Source: Acidimicrobiia bacterium (lineage in GTDB: Bacteria > Actinomycetota > Acidimicrobiia > Spongiisociales > JAENVV01). From it: a stretch of DNA of 64,000 nt. The stretch covers positions 3,786-67,785 of the forward strand of contig JAENVV010000313.1 of the NCBI GenBank assembly GCA_016650365.1, in the 5' to 3' direction. This document shows positions 11,130 to 22,911 of this stretch, piece by piece. Positions within the stretch are counted from its first letter, which is position 1. Each line of letters starts with the position of its first letter. The notes below the pieces were generated by a model that was not told the origin of the DNA, searched no databases, and saw only the letters and a program-made list of their open reading frames with translations. The position numbers and the translations under genes were made by a program.

Positions 11130-11678
11130 CTACCCTCCCGAAGACAGCAGTCCGACGAGCTTGGCAACCGGCCGGGCAACACTCCCATCGACCCCATACT
11201 CATCCAGGTCACCGAACGGTACCCATCGGGCGTCCGTGACCCCATCGAGGGCGGACAGTTGTTCTGTCTCACTCCTGAATGCGAATCGGAGATCGTAGTG
11301 AAGATGCTCTGGTGTCCCGGGCCGCTCGGGGAACCTATGAATATCGATGTCGAAGAGGCCTAGGCAAGACAGGTTGGACAGGCCGATCTCCTCGGCGACC
11401 TCCCGGCGTGCCGCCGCTTCAAGGTCGGCGTCCCCTGGCTCCAAGTGGCCACCAGGCTGGAGCCATCTTTGAAGCTTGCGATGATGGATCAACGCCACCG
11501 AATCCTGCGTCGGAGAGGTGACAAAACCGCTCGCCGTGACATGGCCGGGAACAAAGTGATCGAACGATGTCACATCCCCCGGCAGATCCAATAGCGCGAG
11601 AAACTCCGGCACATACGAGCGATCCGCTCCTTGGATAGAACCCAAGTGCCGACTCAGGTCGGCCCGATCGAGCTTCAT
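11130..11678 (-). CDS. NUDIX hydrolase
   Basis: Carries the Nudix box [24 protein letters not shown]. The start is placed at Met 41 of the ORF, where ATG overlaps the coaA stop as ATGA. Confidence 0.7.
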   Translation of the reverse strand: MKLDRADLSRHLGSIQGADRSYVPEFLALLDLPGDVTSFDHFVPGHVTASGFVTSPTQDSVALIHHRKLQRWLQPGGHLEPGDADLEAAARREVAEEIGLSNLSCLGLFDIDIHRFPERPGTPEHLHYDLRFAFRSETEQLSALDGVTDARWVPFGDLDEYGVDGSVARPVAKLVGLLSSGG

Positions 11679-12589
11679 ATTCGTCGGAGGCGGACTTGCC
11701 GGACGGAGTGATCGGCGTCCTTGGCGACAATCAGATGAGCCCGCTCTCTGGTGGGAAGTATGTTCTCTTTGAGGTTCAACCCGTTGATCGTATCCCAAAT
11801 GGTGGTCGCCACCTCGTAGGCCGCCGAGTCGGACAGGTCGGAATATCGGTGGAAGTACGACTCAGGGTCACGAAACAGGGTTTCACGAAGCGTCATGAAC
11901 CGATCAACGTACCAGCGGCGGATGTCCGCCTCCTCTGCGTCGACGTACACCGAGAAATCAAAGAAATCGGACACGACCACCCGTCCCTCACCGGTCTGGA
12001 GAACGTTGAGGCCCTCCACGATGACAATGTCAGGCTGAGCCACCATGGTGGTCGCCCCGGGAATGATGTCATAGGCTTCATGCGAATACACCGGCGCTTC
12101 GACCTCAGGATGACCCGATTTCACAGCTGCCACAAAATCCAGCAACGCTCGCTGGTCGTAGCTCTCCGGGAATCCCTTCCGGTCAAGAATCCCTCGTTCC
12201 TCGAGCACCGAATTCGGGTACAGGAATCCGTCGGTCGTCACTATGTCCACCTGGGGGTGGGCCGGCCATCGAGACAAGAGCGCTTGGAGCACCCTGGATG
12301 TCGTGCTCTTGCCTACGGCCACCGAACCGGCAACTCCTATGATGTATGGCACTTTGGCCGCCGGTCGCCCTAGAAACGTGTCGGTGACCGTGTAGAGGCC
12401 CTGTGAGGCCGTCACATAGAGGTTGAGGAGCCTGGAGAGCGGCAAATACACAATGGCGACTTCTTCGAGCGAAATCCGCTCGTTGATGCCTCGCAGCTTC
12501 TCGACATCTCCTTCGTCGAGCGTCATGGGAGTGTTGGCGCGCAGCGAAGCCCATTCGTCATGGGTAAAGGACAGGAAACGGTCGTTCAT
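11675..12589 (-). CDS. coaA: type I pantothenate kinase
   Basis: 304 aa with the P-loop [23 protein letters not shown] characteristic of CoaA/PanK-I. Confidence 0.9.
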   Translation of the reverse strand: MNDRFLSFTHDEWASLRANTPMTLDEGDVEKLRGINERISLEEVAIVYLPLSRLLNLYVTASQGLYTVTDTFLGRPAAKVPYIIGVAGSVAVGKSTTSRVLQALLSRWPAHPQVDIVTTDGFLYPNSVLEERGILDRKGFPESYDQRALLDFVAAVKSGHPEVEAPVYSHEAYDIIPGATTMVAQPDIVIVEGLNVLQTGEGRVVVSDFFDFSVYVDAEEADIRRWYVDRFMTLRETLFRDPESYFHRYSDLSDSAAYEVATTIWDTINGLNLKENILPTRERAHLIVAKDADHSVRQVRLRRI

Positions 12590-12673
12590 ACGGCGGCCAG
12601 GCTAGCGCTCACAATTCGGGTATCTGGACAAACCCCTCCCCGAGGGACTCCTCCGCCGACCCGCCCCGCAAAC

Positions 12674-12703
12674 AGATGAACCGACCCTGCGGTCGGTTCA
12701 TCT
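12674..12703 (-). terminator. intrinsic terminator downstream of rplQ (alpha operon end)
   Basis: Perfect 13-bp stem AGATGAACCGACC / GGTCGGTTCATCT with a 4-nt loop, about 20 nt past the rplQ stop. Confidence 0.6.
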
Positions 12704-12724
12704 GACTTGACAATTGCTACCTGG

Positions 12725-13075
12725 TCACACCAGTTCGATGACAGCCATCTCTGTGCCGTCGCCACGACGGGGGCCGAGGCGAGTGATCCTGGTGTAGCCA
12801 CCTGGACGCTCGGCATAGCGGGGACCTACCTCGTCAAACAGCTTCGTGACGATTTCCGTATCGGTGATCGTCCTCAGAACCTGCCGGCGATCGTGCAACG
12901 TCCCGCTCTTGGCTTTGGTGATGATCTTTTCGGCATATGGGCGAACGGCTTTCGCCTTCGATATCGTCGTGGTGATCTTCCCGTCCCAGATGAGAGCGGC
13001 CGCCAAGTTCGACATGATGGCCTTCTGGTGGGACGAGCTCCCTCCGAATCGTTTGCCCTTGGTGGGCTGAGGCAT
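12725..13075 (-). CDS. rplQ: 50S ribosomal protein L17
   Basis: 116 aa, begins [18 protein letters not shown]. Confidence 0.95.
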   Translation of the reverse strand: MPQPTKGKRFGGSSSHQKAIMSNLAAALIWDGKITTTISKAKAVRPYAEKIITKAKSGTLHDRRQVLRTITDTEIVTKLFDEVGPRYAERPGGYTRITRLGPRRGDGTEMAVIELV

Positions 13076-14022
13076 CAGCCGGCCTCGCGATCGCTGCCGG
13101 TGCTGACGCTCAAACCGAGTTCGTCCAGCTTGGCGATAACCTCTTCGAGGCTCTTCTGACCAAAGTTGGTGATATTGAGGAGTTCCTCTTCGGTCTTCTG
13201 GACCAGCTCACCAACGGTCTTCACCTGAGCACGTCGCAGACAGTTGCGAGGGCGCTCCGACAGATCGAGGGCTTCGATGGGAAGGTCAAGATCCGGTGAA
13301 CCGGTTTCGGGCTGGTTCACTTCACCAAGCTCAAGGCCGATGCCTTCGCCCATGTCGGCAAACAAGCCGAGCAGCTCACGAAGGGTCTTCCCGGCTGACG
13401 ATACCGCCTCACTGGGCGACATCGATCCGTCGGTTTCGACGTCGATCACGAGGCGGTCGAAGTCGGTCCGCTGGCCAACCTGGGTCGGCTCGACACGGTA
13501 GGCAACTTTGCGCACCGGCGAATAGATGGCGTCGACCGGAATGACCCCGATCGCATCGGATCCATGCATCTTCTGCGCAGTCCGGTAGCCGACCCCGCGC
13601 TCGACGGTAAGTTCCATCTCAAGGCGTCCGGTGGAGGACAACGTTGCGATGTGAAGATCCTTGTTGATGACCTCGACGCCCGAAGGAAGCTTGAGTGATC
13701 CGGCCGTAACGTCGCCGGGACCCTTGGCCGAGAGGTACATCGTCTGAACCTCGGAATCTTCCATGCTCACGACAATCTGCTTGACGTTGAGAATGATGTC
13801 GACGACGTCTTCGACGACGCCTTTCACGGTCGTGAACTCGTGCTGGATGCCCTCGATCTGGAGGGTGGTTACAGCCGCACCTGGCACGCGGGACAGCAGG
13901 GCACGACGAAGCGTGTTCCCCAGTGTGTATCCGAAGCCGGGTTCGAGAGGTTCGACAATAAAGTGTGAGCGGGTGTCTGAGACAACCTCTTCTTGGATAT
14001 GAGGACGCTGAACAATAAGCAC
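13075..14022 (-). CDS. rpoA: DNA-directed RNA polymerase subunit alpha
   Basis: 315 aa with RpoA N- and C-terminal domains, begins MLIVQRP. Confidence 0.95.
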   Translation of the reverse strand: MLIVQRPHIQEEVVSDTRSHFIVEPLEPGFGYTLGNTLRRALLSRVPGAAVTTLQIEGIQHEFTTVKGVVEDVVDIILNVKQIVVSMEDSEVQTMYLSAKGPGDVTAGSLKLPSGVEVINKDLHIATLSSTGRLEMELTVERGVGYRTAQKMHGSDAIGVIPVDAIYSPVRKVAYRVEPTQVGQRTDFDRLVIDVETDGSMSPSEAVSSAGKTLRELLGLFADMGEGIGLELGEVNQPETGSPDLDLPIEALDLSERPRNCLRRAQVKTVGELVQKTEEELLNITNFGQKSLEEVIAKLDELGLSVSTGSDREAG

Positions 14023-14034
14023 GATGGTTCCCCG

Positions 14035-14640
14035 TTACTTCGAGTAGAGCTCGACGATGAGCTGTTCTTGGATTTGTGTGTCGATCTGGGCGCGGTTTGG
14101 CAGGTCGGAAATAGACACCTTCCGGTCGCCGGCGTCAACCGACATCCATTCGGGAACGGACCGATCGCCAGTGTCCACCGCATGCTGCACGATGAGCAAA
14201 TTGCGGCTTCGTTCGCGCATGGTGATCACGTCACCGCTGCGAACCCGGTAGGAAGGAATATCGACCTTCTTACCGTTGACAAGGAAATGACCATGGTTGA
14301 CCAGCTGCCGGGACTGGGGGCGGGTGGCGGCAAAACCAGCCCGCCAAACTACGTTGTCGAGACGGCTCTCGAGGATTCGCAGCAAGTTCTCGCCGGTAAT
14401 CCCCTTCTGGTTGTTCGCCAGTTCGTAATAGTTGCGGAACTGACGCTCCAGGATGCCGTACATCATGCGAAGCTTCTGCTTCTCGCGCAGCTGGATCAGG
14501 TAATCGGTCTCGCGGACACGACCCTTGCCATGTTCACCGGGAGGGTACGGACGCTTGTCGACCGGACATTTCTTCGACTGACAAAGGGGCGTACCTGCGC
14601 GGCGGCAGGGCTTGTGTCGCGGTCCTGTATAGCGCGCCAT
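14035..14640 (-). CDS. rpsD: 30S ribosomal protein S4
   Basis: Begins [10 protein letters not shown] at ORF Met 11; overlaps the rpsK stop. Confidence 0.95.
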   Translation of the reverse strand: MARYTGPRHKPCRRAGTPLCQSKKCPVDKRPYPPGEHGKGRVRETDYLIQLREKQKLRMMYGILERQFRNYYELANNQKGITGENLLRILESRLDNVVWRAGFAATRPQSRQLVNHGHFLVNGKKVDIPSYRVRSGDVITMRERSRNLLIVQHAVDTGDRSVPEWMSVDAGDRKVSISDLPNRAQIDTQIQEQLIVELYSK

Positions 14641-15029
14641 TAGCCTCTCCTCCGCTTCTTCAGGCGACACCCATTATGCGGTGATGGCGTGATGTCGTTG
14701 ATGCCGGTCACTTCCATCCCCATGTTTTGGAGGGTGCGCACGGCAGTATCGCGACCAGAGCCGGAGCCAGAAACGATGACATCAAGCTTGCGGATACCGT
14801 GTTCGCCTGCCCGGCGAGCGGCTTCTTCAGCAGCCACCTGAGCCGCATAGGGGGTCGACTTACGAGAACCCTTGAAACCGACAGAACCGCCAGACGTCCA
14901 CACGACGGTGTTACCCGACTGGTCGCTGATGTTGATGATGGTGTTGTTAAAACTTGCTTTCACGTGTGCCACGCCATGAGCGATGTTTTTTCGCTCGCGT
15001 CGACGAACGCGTCGTTGCTGATCAGTCAC
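14640..15029 (-). CDS. rpsK: 30S ribosomal protein S11
   Basis: 129 aa S11 sequence. Confidence 0.95.
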   Translation of the reverse strand: MTDQQRRVRRRERKNIAHGVAHVKASFNNTIINISDQSGNTVVWTSGGSVGFKGSRKSTPYAAQVAAEEAARRAGEHGIRKLDVIVSGSGSGRDTAVRTLQNMGMEVTGINDITPSPHNGCRLKKRRRG

Positions 15030-15047
15030 AGGAATCCTCCGCCGACA

Positions 15048-15425
15048 TTACTTGGTTACCTTCTTCTTACCGGCAATGGCCACACGCTTGCCTTTTCGGG
15101 TACGCGCATTGGTATGAGTGCGCTGACCGTGTACGGGGAGACCGCGGCGATGCCGGATACCCTGGTACGAACCAATCTCAACCTTGCGTTTGATGTTCTG
15201 GCTTATCTCGCGACGTAGGTCGCCTTCGATGCGGTAGTTCTGATCGATGTAGCGGCGGATCTTGAGGATTTCATCCTCAGTGAGGTCGCGCACTTTTGTG
15301 CCAGGATCCAGACCTAGTTCGGCAATCATCTTGAGCGAACGGGTCTGTCCGATTCCAAAAATATAGGTGAGGGCGATTTCGAGCCGTTTCTCCCTCGGAA
15401 GGTCGACTCCTGCGATACGAGCCAT
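15048..15425 (-). CDS. rpsM: 30S ribosomal protein S13
   Basis: Begins [14 protein letters not shown]. Confidence 0.95.
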   Translation of the reverse strand: MARIAGVDLPREKRLEIALTYIFGIGQTRSLKMIAELGLDPGTKVRDLTEDEILKIRRYIDQNYRIEGDLRREISQNIKRKVEIGSYQGIRHRRGLPVHGQRTHTNARTRKGKRVAIAGKKKVTK

Positions 15426-15431
15426 CTGTCA

Positions 15432-15545
15432 CTACCCCTGTCGCTGCTTGTGGCGTGGGTTGGGGCAGATCACCCATACGCGGCCACGCCGCCGGATGAT
15501 CCGACACTTTTCACACATCTTCTTGGCTGAAGGACGTACCTTCAT
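15432..15545 (-). CDS. rpmJ: 50S ribosomal protein L36 (zinc type)
   Basis: 37 aa, [37 protein letters not shown], with a C-x2-C...C...H zinc ribbon. Confidence 0.9.
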   Translation of the reverse strand: MKVRPSAKKMCEKCRIIRRRGRVWVICPNPRHKQRQG

Positions 15546-15716
15546 TTCAATCTCCAGTTCCGTGGCGCCCGCCCAAAACACACGCCTCGGGTCATGTACG
15601 AAGCTATGGTGGCAGGGCGCTTGACCTGTGGTCCGATCAGGATTTCGTAGAGGGCGCCACATCAATGGAGGCACAACAAAAACGGGGTCCAGGACCGAAC
15701 GTTGAGGTTAGCCGCC

Positions 15717-16496
15717 TTAGTCGCTCCCCCACAAATCCGCTCGTAATTCGGGTTGGGCCGTCAAGACCTTGACCCCTTCTTCGGTCAGTGCCACCGTGTG
15801 TTCCCAGTGGGCTGACAAAGAACCATCGGCGGTTTTGACGGTCCATTCGTCATCCTCGACAAATGTCTCATGCGTGCCCAGGTTGAACATTGGCTCAATG
15901 CAGATGGCCATACCTTCGCGCAATTTCATGCCAGAACCAGCCTTGCCGAAGTTGGGAACGTTGGGCTTCTCATGCATGTTGAGGCCAATCCCGTGTCCAA
16001 CGTACTCCTGGACAATTCCATAGCCGTGGCGATCTCCCACTGCCTGAACCGCCGCGCCAATATCGCCGATCCGGGCCCCTGGAGCGACCGCTTTGATACC
16101 GGCCCACATGGCTTCCTCGGTTGCGTCGATCAAGGTTTGGACCTCGGCAGATATCTCACCTACACCGAAGGTGATGGCGGCGTCGGCATGATATCGATCG
16201 AAGATGGCTCCGGCATCGATCGAAAGCACGTCGCCGTCCTGCAATGGACGGTCGTTCGGGATGCCGTGGACGATCACGTCGTTGGGAGACGTACAGATGT
16301 GCGCAGGGAAACCGTGGTAGTGCAAAAACGAGGGAATACATCCGTGATCGCGCAGTACCGACGCGGCGACATCATCGAGGTGCCGGGTCGTGACACCCGG
16401 TTTGGCGGCCCGTCGCACGGCACGGTGTACCGCGGCGACCGCTTCGCCTGCCCTGGCCATGCGAGCAAAGTGATCCGGTTTCTTGATCGTGATCAT
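15717..16496 (-). CDS. map: type I methionyl aminopeptidase
   Basis: 259 aa MetAP-I fold with metal ligands in conserved positions. Confidence 0.9.
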   Translation of the reverse strand: MITIKKPDHFARMARAGEAVAAVHRAVRRAAKPGVTTRHLDDVAASVLRDHGCIPSFLHYHGFPAHICTSPNDVIVHGIPNDRPLQDGDVLSIDAGAIFDRYHADAAITFGVGEISAEVQTLIDATEEAMWAGIKAVAPGARIGDIGAAVQAVGDRHGYGIVQEYVGHGIGLNMHEKPNVPNFGKAGSGMKLREGMAICIEPMFNLGTHETFVEDDEWTVKTADGSLSAHWEHTVALTEEGVKVLTAQPELRADLWGSD

Positions 16497-17134
16497 CAGA
16501 TATCGAGCGTAGCCACGATGGCGGCCTCGACTTCGTCCAGATCTCCGAGTCCGTTGACAGGATGAATCCTCAGCCCCCGACTTGTGTAGAACTCCACGAG
16601 GGGTTCGGTCTGTTCTCGATACACCCTCAGCCGATTGCGCACAACGTCTTCGGCGTCGTCTTCACGCTGTACAAGAGTCTCGTTGTCGATGTCACAGACG
16701 CCGAATACCTCAGGTGGATTGTCGTCCACGTGATAGACATGCTGATTTGGGCACGTACGGCGACCCGATATGCGACGAACGATCTCATCATCCTCAACGC
16801 CGATGTAGACCGCACCATCCAGGGCGCTGTCGCCCATACGGTCGGCCAGAGCCTCACCCTGAGCGATCGTACGCGGGAATCCGTCGAGAATAAATCCCCT
16901 CTCGGCGTCCGGTTTTTCGATCCGTTCCTCAAGCATCGCGATGACAAGGTCATCTGAAACGAGGTCGCCGCGAGCCATAACTTCTTTGGCGAGGAGTCCC
17001 AGTTCGGTTCCGGCGGCCACAGCTTCGCGAAGCATGTTTCCGGTCGCGATGTGGGGAATGTTCAATCGACCGGCAATCCGAACGGCTTGCGTGCCTTTAC
17101 CCGCCCCAGGGGGACCGAGAAACAGAAGCTTCAT
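16496..17134 (-). CDS. adk: adenylate kinase
   Basis: P-loop GPPGAGKGTQA with a zinc-type LID region. Confidence 0.95.
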   Translation of the reverse strand: MKLLFLGPPGAGKGTQAVRIAGRLNIPHIATGNMLREAVAAGTELGLLAKEVMARGDLVSDDLVIAMLEERIEKPDAERGFILDGFPRTIAQGEALADRMGDSALDGAVYIGVEDDEIVRRISGRRTCPNQHVYHVDDNPPEVFGVCDIDNETLVQREDDAEDVVRNRLRVYREQTEPLVEFYTSRGLRIHPVNGLGDLDEVEAAIVATLDI

Positions 17135-18462
17135 CAGGTCAGGAAGCCTTCATAGTTGCGGAGCGTGAGTTGAGACTCGATCTGTTTCATCGTCTCCAAA
17201 GCGACACCGACGACAATCAGCAGCGAGACGCCAGAGAAGGCCACCGTGATGTTGTAGGCGAGTCCGACGAGAGACGGGGCGATCGTGATGAAACCGAGGA
17301 ACAACGCTCCTGGCAGGGTGATCCGGTTGAGGATGTGCTCAAGATGCCGCTCCGTAGCCGTTCCAGGGCGAACACCGGGAACGAAGCCACCCTGTCGCTG
17401 AAGGATATCGGCCTGCTTCTTCGGGTCGAACTGAATGGCCGTATAGAAGTAGGTGAAGAACACAACAAGCGAGAACAGCAAGATGATGTAGAACCAGGTC
17501 GTACCTCGTTGAAGTCCCAGGTTCTCATCCACCCAGGCCCGTATCGACAGGAGAATGCGGTTCTCGTCCGAGGGAATCAAGGTTACGAGCAGGGCAGGGA
17601 AGGTAAGCACGGACGAAGCGAAAATGACCGGAATCACCCCTGCCGTATTCACTTTCAACGGAATGTAGGTCGAGTTTCCGCCGTACACCCGACGACCACG
17701 GACCCGCTTGGCAAACTGAATCGGGATACGACGCTGACCCTGGTCGACATACAAGATCGCCACGACCATGATGGCGAAGATGGCCATGATCAGGATGAAG
17801 GGGGTCCACCTGGCGGCCGGGTTGTTCAGCGACCCAACGGTTTGGGTGAAGATGAAGCCGAACTGAGTTGGAAGCTGGCTGATGATCGAGATGAAGATGA
17901 GCAACGACATACCGTTGCCAACTCCCCGGGCGGTGATCTGTTCACCGAGCCACATGATGAGGGCTGTACCGGCGGTCATGGTGAGAACGATGATCGACGC
18001 TCGCCACCAGTTCCATTCGGACACGAGTTGAAAGCCGCCCGTCAACTGTCCCCGGCTGAACAAGAACGAGATCGTCGTTGACTGAAGCAGGGCGAGAATG
18101 ACCGTCAGGTACCGGGTCCACTGCGTGATGACCTTGGTCCCTGACTGACCTTCCTCCTGAAGCTTCTGGAGTCGGGGAATCACGACGGTAAGCAGCTGCA
18201 TGATGATGCTTGACGTGATGTAGGGGAGAATTCCCAGCGCGAACACCGAGAACTGTTGGAGCCCACCACCCGAGAACAGGTTTAGCAACCCGACGATACC
18301 CAGATCGTTGGCCGACTCTTGGAAGGCTTTCAGTTGGGCAAGATCGGCGCCAGGAACCGTAACGGCTGCACCGAAGCGATAGATCACGAAGACCATCAGG
18401 GTGAACAGAATCTTCTTACGAAGATCCGGGATCGTGAACATGTGACGGTAAACAGCGAGCAT
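17134..18462 (-). CDS. secY: preprotein translocase subunit SecY
   Basis: 442 aa, 10-TM SecY sequence. Confidence 0.95.
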   Translation of the reverse strand: MLAVYRHMFTIPDLRKKILFTLMVFVIYRFGAAVTVPGADLAQLKAFQESANDLGIVGLLNLFSGGGLQQFSVFALGILPYITSSIIMQLLTVVIPRLQKLQEEGQSGTKVITQWTRYLTVILALLQSTTISFLFSRGQLTGGFQLVSEWNWWRASIIVLTMTAGTALIMWLGEQITARGVGNGMSLLIFISIISQLPTQFGFIFTQTVGSLNNPAARWTPFILIMAIFAIMVVAILYVDQGQRRIPIQFAKRVRGRRVYGGNSTYIPLKVNTAGVIPVIFASSVLTFPALLVTLIPSDENRILLSIRAWVDENLGLQRGTTWFYIILLFSLVVFFTYFYTAIQFDPKKQADILQRQGGFVPGVRPGTATERHLEHILNRITLPGALFLGFITIAPSLVGLAYNITVAFSGVSLLIVVGVALETMKQIESQLTLRNYEGFLT

Positions 18463-18509
18463 ATTTCTTAGGGCCCTTCTCCAAGCCGGTCTTGACGTCC
18501 GAGACGTCG

Positions 18510-18956
18510 TTAGTCGATGGTCTCTACCGAGCCACCGGCTGCTTCGATCTTGGCTTTCGCCGCCGCAGACACCGCATCGACCTGCACCTTGAGTGCCCGA
18601 TCGATCTCGCCGTCACCCAAAACCTTAACACGCCCCTTCTTCTTGGCCAGACCGGCGGCCTTCAAGCCGGCCGATGTGACCACCGAGTTGGCAGCAAACA
18701 CGTTCAGGTCCTCGACGTTGACGACAGCAAAGGTTTCGTTATTGGGATTCTTGAATCCACGCAACGTCGGGATACGACGCTGCAACGGGACGCGTCCACC
18801 CTCAAAGCCGGGCCGGACCGTATTACGGGCTTTCGTGCCCTTGGTGCCGCGACCGGCGGTCTTGCCCCGTCGGCCACCCTCGCCACGACCGACACGGATC
18901 TTGGTCTTTTTTGACCCATCCGGGGGTCGAAGATGATGAAGTTGTAGTTGTCCCAT
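18510..18956 (-). CDS. rplO: 50S ribosomal protein L15
   Basis: 148 aa with the Gly/Arg/Lys-rich L15 N-terminus. Confidence 0.95.
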   Translation of the reverse strand: MGQLQLHHLRPPDGSKKTKIRVGRGEGGRRGKTAGRGTKGTKARNTVRPGFEGGRVPLQRRIPTLRGFKNPNNETFAVVNVEDLNVFAANSVVTSAGLKAAGLAKKKGRVKVLGDGEIDRALKVQVDAVSAAAKAKIEAAGGSVETID

Positions 18957-18964
18957 GTTGTTCC

Positions 18965-19147
18965 TTACTTCTCTTCCACGGTCACGAGGTGCGCGACGGC
19001 ATGGATCATGCCCCGGATCACCGGAGAATCGTCGTGCTCGACGGTCTGATGCATCCGGCGTAGGCCGAGTCCCCGGACCGTAGCCCGATTCTTCGGCTTT
19101 TCGCCGATCGTGCTTTTCGTGAGGGTCACTTTGAGTGCTTTGGCCAT
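18965..19147 (-). CDS. rpmD: 50S ribosomal protein L30
   Basis: 60 aa, begins [12 protein letters not shown]. Confidence 0.9.
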   Translation of the reverse strand: MAKALKVTLTKSTIGEKPKNRATVRGLGLRRMHQTVEHDDSPVIRGMIHAVAHLVTVEEK

Positions 19148-19150
19148 GTC

Positions 19151-19702
19151 CTATTTACCTTCGTGGGCTCGCACCATCTCGGTGGAGCGATAGGCGGCGA
19201 GCAACCCGGGAGGCGTTACCTCTTCGGGTGTCTTGCCACGGAGTCGGGCGATCACGTCGGGTCGACGCTGACCGAGCAAACCATGCATGGTTGCTTTGGC
19301 AGTGTTGAGATGGCTGGGCGATCCGAGGGACTTGGCAAGCACGTCCTTGATGCCGGCCGCCTCAAGGATCTGACGGACCGACCCGCCAGCGATGACACCG
19401 GTACCGGGAGCGGCGGGCTGCAAAAGGACCCGGGAAGCGCCATGCTCACCGATCACTTTGTGAATGAGCGTCTGACCGGCCATCGGGACGAGGATCATGG
19501 CTCGACGAGCATTCTCCATACCCTTCTGAATCGCAGCCGGGACTTCCTTGGCTTTCCCGTAGCCGATCCCAACCTTGCCGTTGCCGTCACCGACGACACA
19601 CAGTGCCGTGAAGGAGAACCGGCGGCCACCCTTGACGACCTTGGCAACCCGGTTGATCTCGACGACTCGTTCGTCGAATGATGAATCTTCCTGACGTGCC
19701 AT
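19151..19702 (-). CDS. rpsE: 30S ribosomal protein S5
   Basis: 183 aa S5 sequence. Confidence 0.95.
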   Translation of the reverse strand: MARQEDSSFDERVVEINRVAKVVKGGRRFSFTALCVVGDGNGKVGIGYGKAKEVPAAIQKGMENARRAMILVPMAGQTLIHKVIGEHGASRVLLQPAAPGTGVIAGGSVRQILEAAGIKDVLAKSLGSPSHLNTAKATMHGLLGQRRPDVIARLRGKTPEEVTPPGLLAAYRSTEMVRAHEGK

Positions 19703-19704
19703 GG

Positions 19705-20064
19705 TTAGAACTCCAATCCTGCGGCGCGAGCTGCGTCGGCGAGTGCCTTGACCCGGCCGTGATACGGATACCCGCCGCGATCAAACACGACGGCCGTAAC
19801 TCCGGCCTCTTTGGCACGCGTGGCGAGCAACGTCCCTACCTCTGCGGCGGTTTCGACTGTCAAACCTTTGCCACCGACGGCCGACTCCTTGGAAGAGGCA
19901 GCTACCAACGTGTGGCCCTGGTTGTCGTCGATGACCTGGGCGTAGATGAACTTGTTCGATCGGAATACCGCCAGACGAGGACGCTGGGGGGTACCAAGCA
20001 ACTTCTTGCGGACCCGACGGTGCCGGCGTACTCTCGCCGCCGAGCGGGTTTTAAGTCTACTCAT
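19705..20064 (-). CDS. rplR: 50S ribosomal protein L18
   Basis: 119 aa L18 sequence. Confidence 0.95.
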   Translation of the reverse strand: MSRLKTRSAARVRRHRRVRKKLLGTPQRPRLAVFRSNKFIYAQVIDDNQGHTLVAASSKESAVGGKGLTVETAAEVGTLLATRAKEAGVTAVVFDRGGYPYHGRVKALADAARAAGLEF

Positions 20065-20603
20065 CGGGCAACACCTGCCTTGCCTGCCTTGCGGCGGACG
20101 TATTCACCGACATACCGGATACCCTTGCCTTTGTAGGGCTCGGGCGGGCGGACGCTACGGATATCAGCCGCAACTTGTCCAACCAACTCCTTGTCGATTC
20201 CGGAAACATTGATCTTCGTTGGCTCAGGAACTTCGATGGTGATTCCCTCGGGTGGATCCATAAGAACCGGATGACTGAAGCCGACCTGCAGCTCCAGGCT
20301 CTCGCCCTTCATGGCCGCCCGGTAGCCAACGCCCTCCAGCGACAGGTTCTTCACGAACCCGTCTGAAACGCCGGCAACCATATTGGCGGTCAGCGCCCGG
20401 ACAAGTCCATGATGGGCACGATCACGCGGCTCATCGGTTGCCCGGGTGACCAGCACCTGATCAGCTTCGACGACAATGGCGATGCGGTCGGAGAATGTTC
20501 GCTCCATCGACCCTCTTGGGCCTTTGACGGCCACCGTCGAGCCATTGACGGTCACGTCAACTCCTGACGGAATCGTGATGGGAGCTTTACCTACCCGTGA
20601 CAT
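20061..20603 (-). CDS. rplF: 50S ribosomal protein L6
   Basis: Starts at internal [12 protein letters not shown]; the ORF-track extension overlaps rpsH. Confidence 0.9.
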   Translation of the reverse strand: MSRVGKAPITIPSGVDVTVNGSTVAVKGPRGSMERTFSDRIAIVVEADQVLVTRATDEPRDRAHHGLVRALTANMVAGVSDGFVKNLSLEGVGYRAAMKGESLELQVGFSHPVLMDPPEGITIEVPEPTKINVSGIDKELVGQVAADIRSVRPPEPYKGKGIRYVGEYVRRKAGKAGVAR

Positions 20604-20604
20604 A

Positions 20605-21000
20605 TCACCACACCTCGCAAATGAGCTCGCCACCAAGCTTGCGGCGACGTGCTTCACGGTCCGGCATCAGGCCCTGTGAGGTCGAGACGACAACGACTCC
20701 AAGTCCACCTTGAGCCCGGGGCAGTTTCGAGGCCGACGCATATACCCGTCGACCTGGAGTGGAAATCCGTCGGATCCCCTGAATAACCCGCTCCTGGTTT
20801 GCTCCATAACGGAGCATCACCTTGAGCTCGCGACCAGGGCCGGCCGGCTTCACTTCGTAACCATCGAGATACCCTTCGGCAACCAGCAGGTCAGCGATGG
20901 TCTCTTTGAGCTTTGAGGACGGCATACCCGTCTGCTCCTGGCTGACGGCATTCGCGTTGCGAATACGAGTCAGCATGTCTGCGATCGGATCAGTCATCAT
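20605..21000 (-). CDS. rpsH: 30S ribosomal protein S8
   Basis: 131 aa S8 sequence. Confidence 0.95.
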   Translation of the reverse strand: MMTDPIADMLTRIRNANAVSQEQTGMPSSKLKETIADLLVAEGYLDGYEVKPAGPGRELKVMLRYGANQERVIQGIRRISTPGRRVYASASKLPRAQGGLGVVVVSTSQGLMPDREARRRKLGGELICEVW

Positions 21001-21003
21001 GAT

Positions 21004-21189
21004 CTACCACGAAGCCTTTCGCACGCCAGGCAGCTCGCCGCGCAGCGCCAGCTCACGCACGCAGATACGGCACATACCGAATTTCCGCAGATAGGCGCGA
21101 GGCCGGCCGCAGCGCTGGCACCGGTTGTAGCCGCGTACTTCAAACTTCGGCTTCCGTTGCTGCTTTGCGATCATTGATTTTTTTGCCAT
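21004..21189 (-). CDS. rpsZ: 30S ribosomal protein S14 type Z (zinc-binding)
   Basis: 61 aa with C-x2-C...C-x2-C. Confidence 0.9.
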   Translation of the reverse strand: MAKKSMIAKQQRKPKFEVRGYNRCQRCGRPRAYLRKFGMCRICVRELALRGELPGVRKASW

Positions 21190-21201
21190 ATGATTTCTCC
21201 C

Positions 21202-21759
21202 CTACGCCTGAACCGTCTGCTTGCGGAACGGAAAGCCATATGCGTCCAGGAGGGCTTTGCCGTGTGCGTCCGTCTGGGCCGACGTCACAATCGTGATGTC
21301 CATGCCCCGGATGGCACTGACTTTGTCATAATCGATTTCCGGAAAGATCAACTGCTCGGTTACCCCGAAGGTGTAATTGCCGCGACCATCAAACGATTGA
21401 GGATTCAACCCGCGGAAGTCACGGATTCTCGGAATGGCGATGGCGATCAACCGATCAAGAAATTCCCACATACGGTCTCCACGCATCGTCACCGAAGCAC
21501 CGACCGACTGGCCATCTCGAAGCTTGAAATTGGCAATCGACTTGCGGGCGAGGTTCACGCGCGGCTTCTGACCCGTGATGGTCGACAAGTCTTCCATGAC
21601 GCCGTCAATGACCTTACGGTCTGCCGAGCCTTCTCCACATCCCACGTTGACGACGATCTTCTTGAAGGTCGGTACGAGCATACGATTCGCAACGCCGAGT
21701 GACTCGAACAATGCCGGAGCCACTTCTTCGTTGTACTTGACCTTTAGGCGAGGCGTCAT
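21202..21759 (-). CDS. rplE: 50S ribosomal protein L5
   Basis: Starts at internal [13 protein letters not shown] and overlaps the rplX stop as ATGA. Confidence 0.9.
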   Translation of the reverse strand: MTPRLKVKYNEEVAPALFESLGVANRMLVPTFKKIVVNVGCGEGSADRKVIDGVMEDLSTITGQKPRVNLARKSIANFKLRDGQSVGASVTMRGDRMWEFLDRLIAIAIPRIRDFRGLNPQSFDGRGNYTFGVTEQLIFPEIDYDKVSAIRGMDITIVTSAQTDAHGKALLDAYGFPFRKQTVQA

Positions 21760-22061
21760 AGCGCTGCTCCACATCTGCGACATACCCGGGTCTTCACCGA
21801 ACCGGTCACTTTCATGCTGATCCGGGTCGGACCGCACTTCTTGCATACGATCATCACGTTGGAGGCATCGATCGGCATGTCTTTGTCGATGATTCCACCG
21901 CTGTTTTGCACCTGAGGGTTGACCTTTTGGTGCCGCTTGGCGGTCGCCACATTTTCAACGATGATCTTGTTGCGGTCCGGATAGACCTTGGCGATCTTTG
22001 ACTCTTTGCCGAGATCCTTGCCGGCGATGACCTTTACGGTGTCTCCAACTCTCAACCGCAC
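21756..22061 (-). CDS. rplX: 50S ribosomal protein L24
   Basis: 101 aa with a KOW motif. Confidence 0.95.
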   Translation of the reverse strand: MRLRVGDTVKVIAGKDLGKESKIAKVYPDRNKIIVENVATAKRHQKVNPQVQNSGGIIDKDMPIDASNVMIVCKKCGPTRISMKVTGSVKTRVCRRCGAAL

Positions 22062-22430
22062 TTAGATCACCTCCGGGGCAAGCGAGACGATTCGCATGAA
22101 CTTGGCGTCACGCAGTTCACGTCCCACAGGGCCGAAGATACGGGTGCCGCGGGGCTGGCGATTGTCGTCGATGACCACGCAAGCATTGTCGTCAAAACGA
22201 ATGTACGTCCCATCTGACCGGCGGCTCTCCTTGGCGGTCCGAACGACAACGGCTTTTACGACGTCACCCTTCTTGACATTGGCACCAGGAAGGGCTTCCT
22301 TGACACTGGCCACAATCACGTCACCAACCCGGGCGTACCGGCGCTTGGAGCCACCGAGTACCCGGATACAAAGAACTTCGCGGGCACCGCTGTTGTCGGC
22401 GACCTTGAGTCGGGATTCCTGCTGAATCAT
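22062..22430 (-). CDS. rplN: 50S ribosomal protein L14
   Basis: Begins [19 protein letters not shown]. Confidence 0.95.
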   Translation of the reverse strand: MIQQESRLKVADNSGAREVLCIRVLGGSKRRYARVGDVIVASVKEALPGANVKKGDVVKAVVVRTAKESRRSDGTYIRFDDNACVVIDDNRQPRGTRIFGPVGRELRDAKFMRIVSLAPEVI

Positions 22431-22687
22431 CGGGCACGCTCCACGACTTCTTCGATCCGCCAGCGCTTCGACTTCGAAAGCGGACGGGTCTCGACGATGC
22501 GAACCGTATCGCCATTGCGGGCGTCGTTCGTCTCGTCGTGCACGTGGAACTTCTTGGACCGACGCATGACTTTTCCATACTTCGGGTGTCGAACAGAGTC
22601 AACCACCTCGACCGTCACGGTCTTGTCACGAGCGTCACTGACGACGATGCCCTGCCGCACCTTGCGAGCGTTGCGATCAGTCATCAC
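22427..22687 (-). CDS. rpsQ: 30S ribosomal protein S17
   Basis: 86 aa S17 sequence. Confidence 0.95.
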   Translation of the reverse strand: MMTDRNARKVRQGIVVSDARDKTVTVEVVDSVRHPKYGKVMRRSKKFHVHDETNDARNGDTVRIVETRPLSKSKRWRIEEVVERAR

Positions 22688-22911
22688 GCACCTTCCTTAC
22701 CGAGCTGTGAGGCAGCCCACCTTTTGATTTCAGATTCGCGGGCAACGCTAAGAATGCGAGCGATGTCTTTTTTGACCTGTCCGAGACGGGCAGTGTTGTC
22801 GAGCTGGTTTGTGGCCAGCTGAAAGCGGAGATTGAACAGCTCACGCTTCGCTTCGACGAGCTGGACATCCAACTCTTCGTCCGACAGTTCCCGTAGTTTG
22901 TTGGCGTTCAC
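22684..22911 (-). CDS. rpmC: 50S ribosomal protein L29
   Basis: 75 aa L29 sequence. Confidence 0.9.
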   Translation of the reverse strand: MNANKLRELSDEELDVQLVEAKRELFNLRFQLATNQLDNTARLGQVKKDIARILSVARESEIKRWAASQLGKEGA

